DNA of 64,000 bases from an uncultured Actinomycetes bacterium (GCA_963746895.1 CAVVDI010000012.1:28600-92599), one strand, 5' to 3'. Counted from the first letter of the stretch, positions 34,653-46,691 are shown. Notes: generated by a model from the letters alone, not told the origin. A program made the numbers and translations.

Positions 34653-36303
34653 TCAGCAGCCGCGGTGGCCGAGCAGCTCGCCGACCAGGCCCTCGGGCGT
34701 GGCGGGCACCGAGACGGTGAAGGGGCCAGCGCGTCTGAGGTCGAGCCACGTCATCTTCGCCGGGCCACGCCGGACGCAGCCCCGGCCGTGCAGCTGCCAG
34801 TACGGGTTGTAGTGAGCCCGCAGCAGGTAGCGGCCCGGCTTGGCGACGGTGCCGCGGATCGCCGTGTGCCCGAAGGCGGTGACGACCGAGCGCCCGGGAC
34901 CGCTGAGGAGCGGCGTCGGCTTCGGCAGGCGGTAGATCGTCCAGTCCTTGCTCCGGTAGACGACGTGGAGACCGGAGCCCGGCGAGCGAAGCACCCGGGC
35001 CTCCTGCGGGCCGCCGTCCCAGTCGAGCGGCGTCGACGCCAGGAGCACGTACTCGACCGCCGACTCGCGCAGCCAGCGCCGATAGGAGGTCGCGTTCAGG
35101 TGCTTCGCGTAGAGCGCGGGGTTGTCGACCGTGTCGAGCTGGCGGTACCACCCGCGGGCGAGTGCGAAGCCCGCCTTCGGCACCCAGTACGCCTCCCAGT
35201 GCGACGCCGTCGGCACGACCTCGATCCGGTAGCCCGGGCTCGCGTGCGCGCGCAGGTAGGAGAGCGCAGGCTGCCAGAACGACGCCGCCGCCGGACGGTT
35301 GTCCAGCCGGTACGGGATCAGGAGCAGGTAGGGGACGACGTTGTAGGCGAACGCGACGGCCAGGGCGAGGGCGACGAGCCGCCGCGGGCGGAACGAGGCG
35401 AGCCCGGCCGTCAGCAGCATCACCGGGAAGACGAACGCGCTCAGCCGCGTCCAGTTGTCGCCGAGCGGGGTGCGGACGACGTAGAACACGATGCTGCCGA
35501 GCCCCCAGAGGGCGTAGAACGCGAGCAGCGGCCCCGCGCCGCGCGCGCGCCGGGCGACGAGCGCGCCGAGGCCGGTGACGAGCACGACTCCTGCGAAGTC
35601 GATCCAGTGGAAGGGGTAGACGCCGGTGTTCGCCGGGAAGAGGAGGAGCGCCGCGCCCTCCACGCCGGCTGCCGCTCCGAGGCCGAGCACCGTCACGAGC
35701 GTCTTCCGCGGCAGCGGCCGCCGCGAGAGGCCGATCGCCGCGAGCACCAGGCAGAGGAAGACGAACGCGAGCGGGCTGAAGCCGACCGTCAGCACCGCCA
35801 GCACCAGCGCGAACCGCCGCCGCCCCACCTGGAAGGCCTTCAACGCGCCGAGCATCGCGGTGAACCCGAGCGAGTAGCTGTAGAGGCCGGTGAACATCGG
35901 CGCCGCGGCGAGGACGCCGAAGATCCGGCTCGGCCAGAGCGCCGCTCGACCCCACTCCCGCAGGGCGATCGAGGCGAAGAGCACGGTCGACACCACGGCG
36001 GCCGCGAAGACGAGCGGCAGGTTCCCGAACGACCGCGGCCGGCAGGTAGTAGAGCAGGCTGTACGAGGCGAGCGGGTACGTGCCCGCGTACCAGAAGTTG
36101 TCCCAGATCAGCGAGCCGTGGCGGACGAGCAGCGTCCGGTACAGATGGACCGGCGCGTCTCCGGGCGCAGGCCCGATCGCGAGGACGAGAGCCGCGAAGG
36201 CGGCGGTCAGGCCCGCACCGATCAGCAGCTCGCGCCGCCGGATCAGCCGCGGCAGCTCGGTCAGCTCGGTGGCGACGGATGCCGTTGCGGTCGCTGAGGT
36301 CAT
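34653..36303 (-). CDS. large polytopic membrane protein with extracytoplasmic C-terminal domain (GT-C-like candidate), interrupted by a 1-nt insertion
   Basis: The N-terminus sits in one tracked ORF (MTSATATASV...HLYRTLLVRHGSLIWDNFWYAGTYPLASYSLLYYLPAAV). The rest is in ORF 34653-35996, in the +1 frame (FGNLPLVFAAAVVSTVLFASIALREWG...). Total length is 1651 nt. The junction is at about 36028-36032. Function is not assignable from sequence alone. Confidence 0.6.
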
Positions 36304-36699
36304 CGCGAACGAGAGCCTACGGCGGACCGGGCGTCGCGCGCCAGCGGATCAGGAGGGCGATCCGGCCGGCGGTGCCGGAAGGTCGCGAGCACGCCCGGCC
36401 GCATGGCGCCCACCGTCGCGCACAGCCCCGGCTTCACCTCGCTCGAGTCGGACGGGTCGCTGATGCCGCAAGCGTGCCAGGAGCGGCGGACGTGGCCGGG
36501 CTCGCCACGGAGCGCCGACCGAGGCGAGGCGCCGCCTGCGGACGCCGGCGGGCGCGCCGCTGCAGCCCGCGCGCGGCGGCGCGCGGCGAGGGCGAGGAGT
36601 CGGATGCGGGCCACGCGGTGAGCGTTGAGCGAGTCTCGCGTCCGACACATGAGCGGCCGGTGAGCGCGTACGCCCGCGAGCGCCCGCTCCCCAGCGCCG

Positions 36700-37482
36700 C
36701 TACACGCCGAAGAGCAGCGCCTGAGCGCCGAGCATCACCGCGAACGAGATGCCGCCGCCGAGCGCGAGCGCGCCCTTCGGCGCGTCCTCGAGCGCCTCCG
36801 GCAGCAGCTCCGACCAGACCATCCAGACCATCGCGCCCGCGGCGAAGCCGAGCCCGACGGGGAGCACCGGGCGGAACGCCTCGACGAAGAGGAAGGCGAG
36901 CGGCGCGATCAGCGGCTGCGGCAGGCTCGAGAAGACGCTCCACCAGGCGGCGGAACGGACGCTCGCGCCGCGCGGGACGAGCACCAGGCTGATCGCGAGA
37001 CCCTCCGGGATGTTGTGGACGGCGATCGCGATCGTGATCAGGAGCCCGAGCCGCTCGCCGCCGCCGTACGAGACGCCGACGCCGACGCCCTCGCTCGCCG
37101 AGTGCACTGTCATCACCGCGACGATCACGAGCGCCTTCATCGCATCGGCGCCGCCGAGCCGGCCGAGCACGAGCCCGTCCCGGTCCCCGATCAGCCGGCG
37201 GAAGCCGACGATGAACAGACCGCCGGCCACGGCGCCGAGCACCACCCGCCACGGCCCGAGCCCGACGCCCTGCCAGATCAGGCCGACGCTCGCGGCGAGC
37301 ATGAAGCCCGCCGCGACCGCGTTCGAGACGCCGAGCCAACGCCGCCCCATCCCGTTCGGGAGGAACAGGAACGGCAGCGCACCGAGCCCGGTCGCGACGG
37401 CGGTGACGGCAGCCGCGATCGTGACGGTCCAGACGTTGACCGGCATGGGGCGAAGCGTCCACCGGGTGCGCTGCAGCTGCAT
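36700..37482 (-). CDS. ZIP-family divalent metal (zinc) transporter
   Basis: 260 aa. Signature [17 protein letters not shown] and 8 TM segments. Confidence 0.9.
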   Translation of the reverse strand: MQLQRTRWTLRPMPVNVWTVTIAAAVTAVATGLGALPFLFLPNGMGRRWLGVSNAVAAGFMLAASVGLIWQGVGLGPWRVVLGAVAGGLFIVGFRRLIGDRDGLVLGRLGGADAMKALVIVAVMTVHSASEGVGVGVSYGGGERLGLLITIAIAVHNIPEGLAISLVLVPRGASVRSAAWWSVFSSLPQPLIAPLAFLFVEAFRPVLPVGLGFAAGAMVWMVWSELLPEALEDAPKGALALGGGISFAVMLGAQALLFGV

Positions 37483-37580
37483 CCGCGCCCGCCCGGATCA
37501 CCGGTCCTACAGGCGGCGGCCGCTCACGGCCGGACGAGACCGACTCGTCTGCGAGACGACCGCCTGCGGCGAAACGGTTA

Positions 37581-37627
37581 CACTTCGGGCGCCCGGCATC
37601 CCCTACGGAGCTGGAGCGCCCGAAGTG
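37581..37627 (+). promoter_or_regulatory. 12-bp perfect stem sequestering the start codon of the first pan-operon gene
   Basis: CACTTCGGGCGC (37581-37592) pairs with GCGCCCGAAGTG (37616-37627). The 23-nt loop contains GGAG, and the 3' arm contains the GTG start (37625-37627). Confidence 0.45.
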
Positions 37628-38290
37628 CTCAACCGCGTTCACCTCATCGGCTCGGGCCGCGTCGGCTCGGCTGTCACCGCCCGATTGCAGGAGCGGGGCA
37701 TCGCCGTGGGCCCGGACGACCCGCAGCTCGTGCTCCTCTGCGTCCCCGACGGTGCGATCGCGGAGGTCGCCCGGACGGTTGCGCCCGGCCCGTGGGTCGC
37801 GCACGTGAGCGGGGCGACGCCGCTCGCGGCGCTCGACCCGCACGAGCGCCGCTTCTCCGTGCACCCCCTGCAGACGTTCTCGCGAGCGCGAGGGCCCGAG
37901 CAGCTGGACGGCGCCTGGGCGGCGATCACGGCCGAGAGCGAGGATGCGCTCGCGACCGCCCGCGGCGTCGCGGAGACGCTCGGACTCCGCCCCTTCGAGC
38001 TCGCCGACGAGAAGCGGACGCTCTACCACGCGGGGGCGGTCTTCGCGTCGAACTACCTCGTCACGCTCGAGCGCGCGGCGTCCGGCTCGCCAGCGGCCGC
38101 CGGCGCACCGCCCGAGGCGCTCGTGCCGCTGATCATGGGCACCGTCGAGACCGGCTTCGAGCTGACCGGCCCGATCTCCCGGGGCGACTGGGCGACGGTG
38201 GAGGCGCACAGGGCCGCGATCCACGCCGCGCATCCCGAGCTCGAGCACCTGTACGAGACGCTCGCCGAGGCGACGGTGATGCTCGCGTGA
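37625..38290 (+). CDS. Rossmann-like / DUF2520 domain protein (conserved upstream partner of panC)
   Basis: [17 protein letters not shown] Rossmann start, then ...[16 protein letters not shown]...GPISRGD. Its stop overlaps the panC GTG (GTGA). Confidence 0.7.
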   Translation: MLNRVHLIGSGRVGSAVTARLQERGIAVGPDDPQLVLLCVPDGAIAEVARTVAPGPWVAHVSGATPLAALDPHERRFSVHPLQTFSRARGPEQLDGAWAAITAESEDALATARGVAETLGLRPFELADEKRTLYHAGAVFASNYLVTLERAASGSPAAAGAPPEALVPLIMGTVETGFELTGPISRGDWATVEAHRAAIHAAHPELEHLYETLAEATVMLA

Positions 38291-39085
38291 AGGTCGTGCG
38301 CACGATCGCCGAGCTCCGCGAGGCGCGCGCCGCCGCCACGGGCGAGGTCGGGCTCGTGCCGACGATGGGAGCCCTCCACGCCGGGCACCTGGCGCTGCTC
38401 GAGGCGGCGCGCGCCGAGAACGACGCGGTCGTCATGTCGCTCTTCGTCAACCCTGCGCAGTTCGACGAGGCCTCCGATCTGGCGGCGTATCCCCGCGACG
38501 AGGCGCGCGACCTGGCACTCGCCGAGGAGGCCGGCGTCGCGGTCGTCTTCGCGCCGGCCGTCGACGAGCTGTACCCGCAGGGCTTCCAGACCTGGGTGGA
38601 CGTGGAGGACGCCTCGCGCGGGCTGGAGGGCGACGCGAGGCCCGGCCACTTCCGCGGCGTGGCGACCGTCTGCTTGAAGCTCTTCACCCTCGTCCGCCCC
38701 TCGCGCGCCTACTTCGGCCAGAAGGACGCGCAGCAGTCCGCAGTCGTGCGCACGCTCGTCCGCGACCTGGCGCTGCCGCTCACGATCCGCGTCGTCGCCA
38801 CGGTGCGCGACCCGGACGGGCTCGCGCTCTCGTCGCGCAACAGCCTGCTCGCGGCCGCGGAGCGCGAGCGGGCGCTCGTCGCTCCCCCGCGCCCTCGCCG
38901 CCGGCGCCGCGGCGCACCGTGCGGGAGGCGATCCCGTCGCCGCGGCCCGCGCCTCCCTCAACGGGCTCACGCCCGACTACGTCTCCCTGCTCGACCTCGA
39001 CGGCGCGCTCGTGCTCGCCGCCGCCGCCCGCGTCGGCTCGACGCGGCTGCTCGACAACGTCCTCCTGGAAGGAGAGCTCGAATGA
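38287..39085 (+). CDS. panC: pantoate--beta-alanine ligase PanC (1-nt insertion near 38880-38887)
   Basis: [46 protein letters not shown] and LALSSRN, then a frame change. The C-terminus [66 protein letters not shown] is in the +1 frame. Length is 799 nt. Confidence 0.9.
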
Positions 39086-39966
39086 GCGAGAAGCCCTCGC
39101 GCTACGCGTCCTGGACCGCCGGCAAGCTGCCGCTTCCGGAGCTGGCCGAGATCAAGCGGCGCGGCGGGAAGATCGTGATGGTCACCGCCTACGACGCCCC
39201 GAGCGGCCGGCTCGCCGACGCGGCCGGCGTCGACCTCGTCCTCGTCGGCGACTCGGCTGGGATGGTCGTGCACGGCCGGGAGTCGACGGTGCCGGTCGCG
39301 ATCGACGAGATCGTCTACATGACGCAGTGGGTGACGCGCGGGGCGAAGCGGTCGCTCGTCGTCGCCGACATGCCGTTCGGCACGTACGAGGAGTCGGACG
39401 AGCAGGCCGTGCGGAACGCGGTGCGCCTCGTCAAGGAGGGCGGCGCCGACGCGGTCAAGCTCGAGCGCGGCGGGACGACGGTCGCGCGGGCGCGGGCGAT
39501 CTCCGCTGCGGGCATCCCCGTGATGGGCCACGTGGGCCTGACGCCGCAGACCGCGACCGTCCTCGGCGGCTTCAAGGCGCAGGGGCGATCCGCGGAGCGG
39601 GCGCACGAGCTGGTCGAGGACGCGCTCGCGCTGCAGGAGGCGGGCTGCTTCGCGCTCGTCCTCGAGGCGGTGCCGCCGGTCGTGGCGCACGCCGCGACCC
39701 GCGCGCTCGCGATCCCGACGATCGGGATCGGCGCCGGAGCCGAGACGGACGGCCAGGTGCTCGTGTGGCACGACATGCTCGGCTACTACGAGGGCCACGC
39801 ACCGCGGTTCGTCAAGCGCTACGCCGACCTCGGCGCCACGATCGTCGAGGCGCTCGGCCGCTACGCCGAGGAGGTGCGCAGCGGCGCCTTCCCGGAGGAG
39901 CGGCACACGTACGCGATGCCGGAGGAGGAGCGGGCCGCCTTCGAGGCCGCCATCACTCCCAAGTGA
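39082..39966 (+). CDS. panB: 3-methyl-2-oxobutanoate hydroxymethyltransferase PanB
   Basis: 294 aa. Motifs [35 protein letters not shown] and [11 protein letters not shown] overlaps the panC stop (ATGA). Confidence 0.95.
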   Translation: MSEKPSRYASWTAGKLPLPELAEIKRRGGKIVMVTAYDAPSGRLADAAGVDLVLVGDSAGMVVHGRESTVPVAIDEIVYMTQWVTRGAKRSLVVADMPFGTYEESDEQAVRNAVRLVKEGGADAVKLERGGTTVARARAISAAGIPVMGHVGLTPQTATVLGGFKAQGRSAERAHELVEDALALQEAGCFALVLEAVPPVVAHAATRALAIPTIGIGAGAETDGQVLVWHDMLGYYEGHAPRFVKRYADLGATIVEALGRYAEEVRSGAFPEERHTYAMPEEERAAFEAAITPK

Positions 39967-39983
39967 CACAGTGTTACTTGGGA
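39957..39983. repeat. palindromic element copy 2 (TCCCAAGTGACAC-a-GTGTTACTTGGGA), bidirectional terminator candidate
   Basis: 13-bp arms with one mismatch. It contains the panB stop (TGA 39964-39966) and the kbl stop (TAA, complement of 39974-39976). Confidence 0.85.
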
Positions 39984-41171
39984 GGTAGGAGCCCGGCCTC
40001 GCGGCCGACCTCGACGAACACCTCGAGCGCGCGCTCCAGGTGCACAGGCTCGAGCGCCGCGGACATCTGCACCCGGATGCGGGCCGTCCCCTCGGGGACG
40101 ACCGGGTACCCGAAGCCGGTCACGAAGACTCCGCGCTCGAGCAGCCGCTGCGAGAACTCGATCGCGCGCGCCGTCTCGCCGACGATGATCGGGACGATGG
40201 CGCCCTCGCCGTCGAGCGGCGCGAAGCCCGCATCGCGGAGCGCACCCCGGAACCAGCGCGTGTTCTCGCGCAGCCTCGCGACCAGGTCCGGGCGAGTGCG
40301 CAGGACGTGGACGGCGGCCCGAGCGCTGCAGGCGACCGTCGGCGGCAAGGCGTTCGAGAACAGCTGCGGGCGCGAGCGCTGCGCGAGCAGGTCGCAGACC
40401 TCCTGCGACGCGGCGACGTAGCCTCCGGCCGCACCGCCGAGCGCCTTGCCGAGCGTGCCCGTCACGACGTGCACCTCGCCGAGGACGCCGAAGTGCTCCG
40501 CGACGCCGCGGCCGGTCTTGCCGACGACGCCGACGCCGTGCGAGTCGTCGACGAGGACGGTCGCGGCGTGCGCGCGGGCGAGCTCGAGGATGTCCGGCAG
40601 CCGTGCGAGGTCGCCCTCCATCGAGAAGACGCCGTCGGTGAGGATCAGGGCGCGGAGGCCCTTGTCCACGGACCGCAGCGCCTCGCGCAGCTCGCCCATG
40701 TCCGAGTGCCGGTACACGAGCTTCCCGGCGGGCTTCGCGAGCCGGACGCCGTCGATGATCGAGGCGTGGTTCAGCTCGTCGGAGACGATCACCGTCTCGG
40801 CGTCGCCGAGCGTCGGGATCACCGCCTCGTTCGCGTTCCAGCAGGAGACGTAGGTGAGCGCCGCCTCGGTCGCCGAGAGCTCGGCGAGGTCGACGCTCGA
40901 GCTCGAGATGCGGCGCGAACGTGCCGCAGATGAAGCGGACGGACGCCGTGCCGGCGCCGTACCGGCGCAGCCCGTCGATGCCGGCCGCGACGACGTCCGG
41001 ATGATCGGCGAGGCCGAGGTAGTTGTTCGAGGAGAGGACGATCACCTCGCCGCGGCCGGCCATCCGCACGACCGGCCCCTGCGGCGACTCGAGCGTGTTG
41101 AAGCGCTTGTAGGTGCCCGTCTCGCGGAGCGCGTCCAGCTCACCGCGGATCTTCTCGTCCAGCTCGGTCAC
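39974..41171 (-). CDS. kbl: 2-amino-3-ketobutyrate CoA ligase (glycine C-acetyltransferase) Kbl (1-nt insertion near 40893-40896)
   Basis: The N-terminal third (VTELDEKIRGELDALRETGTYKRF...SSNNYLGLADHP...ASVRFICGTFAPHLELE) is in one frame. The rest (LAELSATEAALTYVSCWNANEAV...DELNHASIIDG...VDDSHGVGVVGKTGRG...GTLGKALGG) is in the +1 frame. Length is 1198 nt. GTG overlaps the tdh stop. Confidence 0.9.
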
Positions 41172-42240
41172 GCCGCCCTCTCCACCGCGTCGCGCTCGGG
41201 ATGGAGCACGATCTTGCACGCCTCTCCGGCGCCCAGCAGCTCGAAGGCCCGCCCGAACGCCTCCAGTCCGAGCTCGGCGGTGATCAGCGGGCGCAGGTCG
41301 ACGACGCCGTGCTCGAGCAGCCAGCGGGTGCGGTACCACGTGTCCCAGACCTGGCGGCCGCTGACCGCGGAGACGTCGAGGTTCTTGAAGATCAGCGCCT
41401 CGGCGACGTCGATCTCGACCGGCCGCGCCGGGATTCCGAAGAGGATGACCCGGCCGCCGTTGCGGGCTATCCGGAAGGCGTCGGCGATCGCAGTCGGACG
41501 CGCCGGACATCTCGAGACACGACGTCGACGTGCTCGCCCTCGTTGCGATCGACGAACCAGGCCGAGACGTCGGCCGCCTCGCGGACGTCGAGCGCCGCCT
41601 CGGCGCCCATCCGCCGGGCGAGATCGAGCCGGAACGCCTTCGTGTCGGAGACGAGGACGCGTCCGGCGCCCGAGGCGCGTGCGATGCCGACGCTGAACAG
41701 GCCGACGGGGCCGCACCCGAGGATCGCCACCGTCTTCCCGGCCAGGTCGGCGTGACCGACGGCGAAGACGGCGTTTCCGAACGGCTCCTGCAGGGTCGCG
41801 ATCTCGGGCGGCAGCTTGGCGCGGTCGTTCTGCCAGAGCACCGACTCGGGAACGACCACGTACTCGGCGAAGGCCCCGTCGCGATCGACCCCGAGGATCT
41901 GCGTCCGCTCGCACATGTGCGCCCGCCCGGTCCGGCAGTGGAAGCAGTCGCCGCAGGTCACGTGACTCTCGGCCGAAACGTAGTCGCCGGGAGAGGCGTG
42001 ACGCACGGCGCGGCCGGTCTCGACGACGGTGCCCGCGAACTCGTGGCCGAGCGTGAGCGGGGGACGGATCCGCTGCCGCGCCCAGTCGTCCCAGCGGAAG
42101 ATGTGCAGGTCGGTGCCACAGACGCTTGCCGCCTCGACCCGGACGAGCACCTCGTCCTCCCCGGGTGTCGGGATCGGCACCTCGTCGAGCACGAGGCCCG
42201 ACTCCGCGGCACGCTTGCGGACGGCCCACATCGTGTCCAT
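41168..42240 (-). CDS. tdh: L-threonine 3-dehydrogenase Tdh (two 1-nt insertions about 19 nt apart)
   Basis: Zn-ADH motifs (CGTDLHI, GHEFAG, CGDCFHCRTG, LGCGPVGL) run up to ...EHVDVV. LEMSGA follows in the +1 frame and PTAIADAFRIARNGGRVILFGIP... in the +2 frame. This matches the Tdh consensus DVGLEMSGAP..F. The extra bases are best placed at 41517 and 41498. Length is 1073 nt. Confidence 0.9.
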
Positions 42241-42309
42241 GGCGGACACGATGCGCGCGGGCCGCCGACGGGGCATCCGCGGCCTGCCGGAACCCGGTTG
42301 CGGGATTTC

Positions 42310-42954
42310 CTAGAGCGTCGTGGCCGCGACGATCAGGGCCGGGAAGGCGGCCGCGAGCGCGACGGTCGCGGCCGAGCGGCCCCAGGCCCAGCCGTGCACG
42401 CTGCGCACGCCGACGAGCAGCAGCAGCGCGGACCAGGCGAACGCGGCGACGAGGAGCGCGCCGAAGACCGCGTCGCCGCGACCGTAGTCGTCGCCGCCGG
42501 TGCGGAAGAGGTCCTCTCCGTAGATCGCGATCCGGAGCGGCCAGAGCGTCAGCAGCGTCAGCGCGAGCGGCGCCGACGAGAGCGCGAGCAGGTGGCGCGC
42601 CCGGCGGTAGCTGCCGAGGCCGCCGAGTCGCCGCGCGGCCCCGTAGAGGAGGCCGCCGCCCAGCCAGTACGCCGCGAGCGCGTAGACCGTGCCGCCGATG
42701 AAGGCCCAGACCGGGATCAGCGCGAGCGAGAAGGACGAGTCGTTCAGCAGGTGCCGCGCGACGGGAGTCCCGAGCACGCCGGCGATCCCGGCGAGGCCGA
42801 CCATCGCGGTCAGGGGCTCCTGGCGTGCCTCGACGGCGGCGTCCGAGTCGTCCCGGAGCGACGCGAACACGGCCCGGGGGGCGGCCATGACGGCGGGTGC
42901 GCGAACCCACCAGTTCCGCTCCAGCGCGGAGGCGGGTGCGGTGTCGACGCTCAT
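42310..42954 (-). CDS. Yip1-domain family membrane protein
   Basis: The real start is probably ATG 42954 (MSVDTAPAS...). It has five hydrophobic segments. The family assignment is tentative. Confidence 0.55.
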   Translation of the reverse strand: MSVDTAPASALERNWWVRAPAVMAAPRAVFASLRDDSDAAVEARQEPLTAMVGLAGIAGVLGTPVARHLLNDSSFSLALIPVWAFIGGTVYALAAYWLGGGLLYGAARRLGGLGSYRRARHLLALSSAPLALTLLTLWPLRIAIYGEDLFRTGGDDYGRGDAVFGALLVAAFAWSALLLLVGVRSVHGWAWGRSAATVALAAAFPALIVAATTL

Positions 42955-43038
42955 CCAGATGAGCGTAGCCGCGTCCGGCCCGGCCAGGTCCCCTTGCCAC
43001 ACGTCCGGTGCCTGGCACCGGACGTGGCTCGACCGGAC

Positions 43039-43467
43039 ATGCGAGACTCGGCCACGATGGACGGCTCGCCCGATCCGGAGCTGACCGCGCAGGTCGCAGC
43101 AGCGGCGCCGTTCACGGCGTTCCTGGGGATCGAGATGGTCTCCGCGTCGCCGCACGAGGTCGTCGCCCGGCTCGCCTGGAGCGAGGACACGTGCACCGCG
43201 GGCGGCGTCATGCACGGCGGCGCGCTGATGGGCCTCGCCGACAACGTCGGCGGCTTCTGCGCCTTCCTCAACCTCCCCGAGGGCTCAGGCGGCACCGCCA
43301 CGATCGAGTCGAAGACGAACTTCTTCGGCCCCGTCCGCGGCGGCCATGTCCAAGCGACCGCGCGCCCGCTCCACACCGGCCGACGCACGATCGTCGTCGA
43401 CACCGAGCTCCACGACGACACCGGCAAGCTCGTCGCGCGCGTCACGCAGACGCAGGCCGTGCTCTGA
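43039..43467 (+). CDS. PaaI-family hotdog-fold thioesterase
   Basis: APFTAFLGIEMV...GVMHGGALMGLADNVGG...ESKTNFFGPVRGG...ARPLHTGRRTIVVDTEL. An alternative ATG lies at 43057. Confidence 0.8.
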   Translation: MRDSATMDGSPDPELTAQVAAAAPFTAFLGIEMVSASPHEVVARLAWSEDTCTAGGVMHGGALMGLADNVGGFCAFLNLPEGSGGTATIESKTNFFGPVRGGHVQATARPLHTGRRTIVVDTELHDDTGKLVARVTQTQAVL

Positions 43468-43514
43468 CACGTCGGCAGCTTCCGCCGATGGTGTGAGCCG
43501 GCCGCGAGCCTTAG

Positions 43515-46373
43515 CTACGCCGCCGCGACCGCGGGCGCCGGCAACAGCGGGCGCAGAAACGCGCCGGTAAAGCTGCCCTCGACCCGAGCGACCTCCTCGG
43601 GCGTGCCGGCGGCGACGATCTCGCCGCCCGCCTCCCCGCCCTCGGGGCCGAGGTCGATCACCCAGTCGGCCTGCTTGATCACGTCGAGGTTGTGCTCGAT
43701 CACGACCATCGTGTTGCCGCCGTCGACGAGGCGCTGCAGCGTCTCGAGCAGCTTCTCGATGTCGGCGAAGTGGAGGCCGGTCGTCGGCTCGTCGAGGATG
43801 TAGAGCGTCTTCCCGGTCGCCACCTTCGACAACTCCGACGCGAGCTTCACGCGCTGCGCCTCGCCGCCGGAGAGGGTCGTCGCCGGCTGGCCGAGCTTGA
43901 TGTAGTCGAGACCGACGTCGTGGAGCGTCTGCAGCCGCCGGCGGATCTTCGGGATCTTCGCGAAGAACTGGAGCGCCTCCTCGACCGACATCTCGAGCAC
44001 GTCGGCGATCGACTTGCCCTTGAAGCGCACCTCGAGCGTCTCGCGGTTGTAGCGCGCGCCCTTGCACGTCTCGCAGGGCACGTAGACGTCGGGGAGGAAG
44101 TGCATCTCGATCTTGATCTGCCCGTCGCCCTTGCACGTCTCGCAGCGCCCGCCGCGCACGTTGAAGGAGAAGCGCCCCGGCCTGTAGCCGCGCACCTTCG
44201 CCTCCGGCGTCAGCGAGTAGAGCTCGCGGATGTGCGTGAACAGGTCGGTGTAGGTCGCCGGGTTGGAGCGCGGCGTGCGGCCGATCGGCTTCTGGTCGAT
44301 CTCGATCACCTTGTCGAAGACCTCGATCCCCTCGACGCCATCGTGCGCGCCCGGCTTGATCCGCGCCCTGTTCAGCCGGTTCGCGAGCGCCTTGAAGACG
44401 ATCTCGTTCACGAGCGTCGACTTGCCGGAGCCGGAGACGCCGGTGACGCAGACGAACTTCCCGACCGGGAACTCGACGTCGATCCCCTTCAGGTTGTGCT
44501 GGGCCGCGCCGCGCACGGTGAAGTGGCCGCGATCCTCGTCGCGCCGCTCCGGAACCGCGATCGCCCGCCGCCCCGAGAGGAACTGCCCCGTGACCGAGCC
44601 GGCCTTCCGCGCCACCTTCGCCGCCGGCCCCTCGGCGACGACCTCGCCGCCGTGCAGCCCGGCCCCCGGGCCCATGTCGACGAGCCAGTCCGAGCGGCGC
44701 ATCATCTCCTCGTCGTGCTCGACGACGACGACCGTGTTGCCGATGTCGCGGAGCCGCTCGAGCGTCTCGATCAGCCGTGAGTTGTCGCGCTGGTGGAGGC
44801 CGATCGACGGCTCGTCGAGGATGTAGAGGACGCCGACGAGCTGGGAGCCGATCTGCGTCGCCAGGCGGAGCCGCTGCGCCTCGCCGCCGGAGAGCGTCGC
44901 CGCGGCGCGATCGAGTGTGAGGTAGCCGACGCCGACGTCGTCGAGGAAGGTCAGGCGCTCGCGGATCTCCTTCACGATCCGGTGTCCGATCAGCTCCTCG
45001 GTGGCGGTCAGCCCGAGCTCGTCGAGGAAGCCGAGCGCCCGCGTCACCGACAGCTGCGTGAACTCGTGGATCGACGTGCCGCCGACGGTGACCGCCAGCA
45101 CCTCCGGCTTCAGCCGCGCGCCCTTGCAGACCGGGCAGGGCCGGAAGGACATGTACTCCTCGATCCGCTCTCGCTGCTGCGACGAGTCGGTCTCGCGGTA
45201 TCGCCGCTGCAGGCTCGCCACGATCCCGTCGAACGCGAGCATGTACTGGCGCCGCCGGCCCATCCGGTTGCGGTACTGGACGTAGATCCGCTCGCCGTTC
45301 GTGCCGTCCAGGAACCAGGCGCGCTGCTCCTCCGAGAGCTCCGACCACGGCAGCGACGTGTCGATCTCGTAGCGCTCGGCGATCGCCTGGATCACCGCCT
45401 CGTAGAAGCCCGACGAGCCGCCGACCGACCACGGCACGAGCGCGCCGTCGTCGATCGAGAGCGAGGGGTCGGGAACGAGCAGCTCGGGGTCGATCTCCTG
45501 CTGCGAGCCGAGACCGGTGCAGCGCGGGCAGGCGCCGTGCGGCGCGTTGAAGGAGAAGACCCGCGGCTGCAGCTCCGGCAGCGAGACCCCGTGGTCGGGG
45601 CAGGCGAAGTTCTGCGAGAAGAGCATCGGCGCGCCGCCGTCGACGCGGTCGATCGCCACGAGCCCCTCCGCCAGGGACGCCGCCGTCTCCACCGACTGCG
45701 TCAGCCGCAGCCGCAGGTCGCCCTTCATCACGAGCCGGTCGACGACGACCTCGATCGTGTGGTTGAACTTCTTGTCGAGCTCCGGGACGCCGTCCTCGAG
45801 CAGGTGCTGTTCGCCGTCGACCTTCACGCGCGTGAAGCCCTCGCGGATCAGCTCCTCGAAGACGTCCCTGAACTCGCCCTTGCGCCCGCGCACGAGCGGC
45901 GCGTTCACGGTGAAGCGCGTCCCCTCGTCGAGCCGGAGCACCTGGTCGACGATCGCGTCGATCGACTGGCCGGCGATCGGCTTGCCGCAGACCGGGCAGT
46001 GCGGCCGCCCGACGCGCGCGTAGAGCAGCCGCAGGTAGTCGTAGATCTCGGTGACGGTGCCGACCGTCGACCGCGGGTTGCGCGAGGTGGTCTTCTGGTC
46101 GATCGAGATCGCCGGGCTGAGGCCGTCGATGTGGTCGACGTCCGGCTTCTCCATCATCTGCAGGAACTGGCGCGCGTACGCGGAGAGCGACTCGACGTAG
46201 CGGCGCTGCCCCTCGGCGTAGATCGTGTCGAAGGCGAGCGAGGACTTGCCGGAGCCGGACAGCCCGGTGATGCAGATGAGGCGGTTCCGCGGCAGCCGGA
46301 CGGTGATGTCCTTGAGATTGTGCTCGCGGGCGCCGTGGACGACGAGCTCGTCGGCAGCCATGTTCGGCGGCAT
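43515..46373 (-). CDS. uvrA: excinuclease ABC subunit A
   Basis: 952 aa, intact. Two ABC ATPase modules ([33 protein letters not shown] x2) and the zinc-finger cysteines. Confidence 0.97.
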   Translation of the reverse strand: MPPNMAADELVVHGAREHNLKDITVRLPRNRLICITGLSGSGKSSLAFDTIYAEGQRRYVESLSAYARQFLQMMEKPDVDHIDGLSPAISIDQKTTSRNPRSTVGTVTEIYDYLRLLYARVGRPHCPVCGKPIAGQSIDAIVDQVLRLDEGTRFTVNAPLVRGRKGEFRDVFEELIREGFTRVKVDGEQHLLEDGVPELDKKFNHTIEVVVDRLVMKGDLRLRLTQSVETAASLAEGLVAIDRVDGGAPMLFSQNFACPDHGVSLPELQPRVFSFNAPHGACPRCTGLGSQQEIDPELLVPDPSLSIDDGALVPWSVGGSSGFYEAVIQAIAERYEIDTSLPWSELSEEQRAWFLDGTNGERIYVQYRNRMGRRRQYMLAFDGIVASLQRRYRETDSSQQRERIEEYMSFRPCPVCKGARLKPEVLAVTVGGTSIHEFTQLSVTRALGFLDELGLTATEELIGHRIVKEIRERLTFLDDVGVGYLTLDRAAATLSGGEAQRLRLATQIGSQLVGVLYILDEPSIGLHQRDNSRLIETLERLRDIGNTVVVVEHDEEMMRRSDWLVDMGPGAGLHGGEVVAEGPAAKVARKAGSVTGQFLSGRRAIAVPERRDEDRGHFTVRGAAQHNLKGIDVEFPVGKFVCVTGVSGSGKSTLVNEIVFKALANRLNRARIKPGAHDGVEGIEVFDKVIEIDQKPIGRTPRSNPATYTDLFTHIRELYSLTPEAKVRGYRPGRFSFNVRGGRCETCKGDGQIKIEMHFLPDVYVPCETCKGARYNRETLEVRFKGKSIADVLEMSVEEALQFFAKIPKIRRRLQTLHDVGLDYIKLGQPATTLSGGEAQRVKLASELSKVATGKTLYILDEPTTGLHFADIEKLLETLQRLVDGGNTMVVIEHNLDVIKQADWVIDLGPEGGEAGGEIVAAGTPEEVARVEGSFTGAFLRPLLPAPAVAAA

Positions 46374-46404
46374 TGTATCGCCCGAACGTGTGTTCGGGAA
46401 GGGT

Positions 46405-46668
46405 CTACTCGCCGGGCGGCACGCGGTGCGGGAGCAGGCTCCAGCGGCCCGTGTTCCGCTTCGACGGGAACAGGTCGCGCCAGTCCTTCGCCACGAGCCA
46501 GGAGCCGAGGAACGTCGCCGCCTCGGTGCGGTGGGTCAGGCCCCAGACGTCGACGAGCCCGCCTGCGAGCAGCACCGCGAGCACGGCGAAGCCGAGCGCG
46601 AACTCGTGGATCCGCAGGCCGAGCACGTACACGCGCGGCCCGAGCCGATGTCGTTCCAGCGTGAGCAC
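46405..46668 (-). CDS. hypothetical small membrane protein
   Basis: 87-aa ORF with one or two TM segments ([17 protein letters not shown]) and GC3-rich codons. No family recognised. Confidence 0.4.
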   Translation of the reverse strand: MLTLERHRLGPRVYVLGLRIHEFALGFAVLAVLLAGGLVDVWGLTHRTEAATFLGSWLVAKDWRDLFPSKRNTGRWSLLPHRVPPGE

Positions 46669-46691
46669 TCCCCCAGCATGCCCGGCTCGGG

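Noticed and set aside
36300-36650. A 116-aa ORF upstream of the large membrane protein, with its stop overlapping that gene's ATG (ATGA).
   Set aside because: GC3 is fairly high and the overlap is suggestive. However, the sequence (Arg/Ala-rich, ...HACGISDPSDSSEVKPGLCATVGAM...) matches nothing I recognise. Given the insertion errors nearby, its true frame and extent cannot be established.
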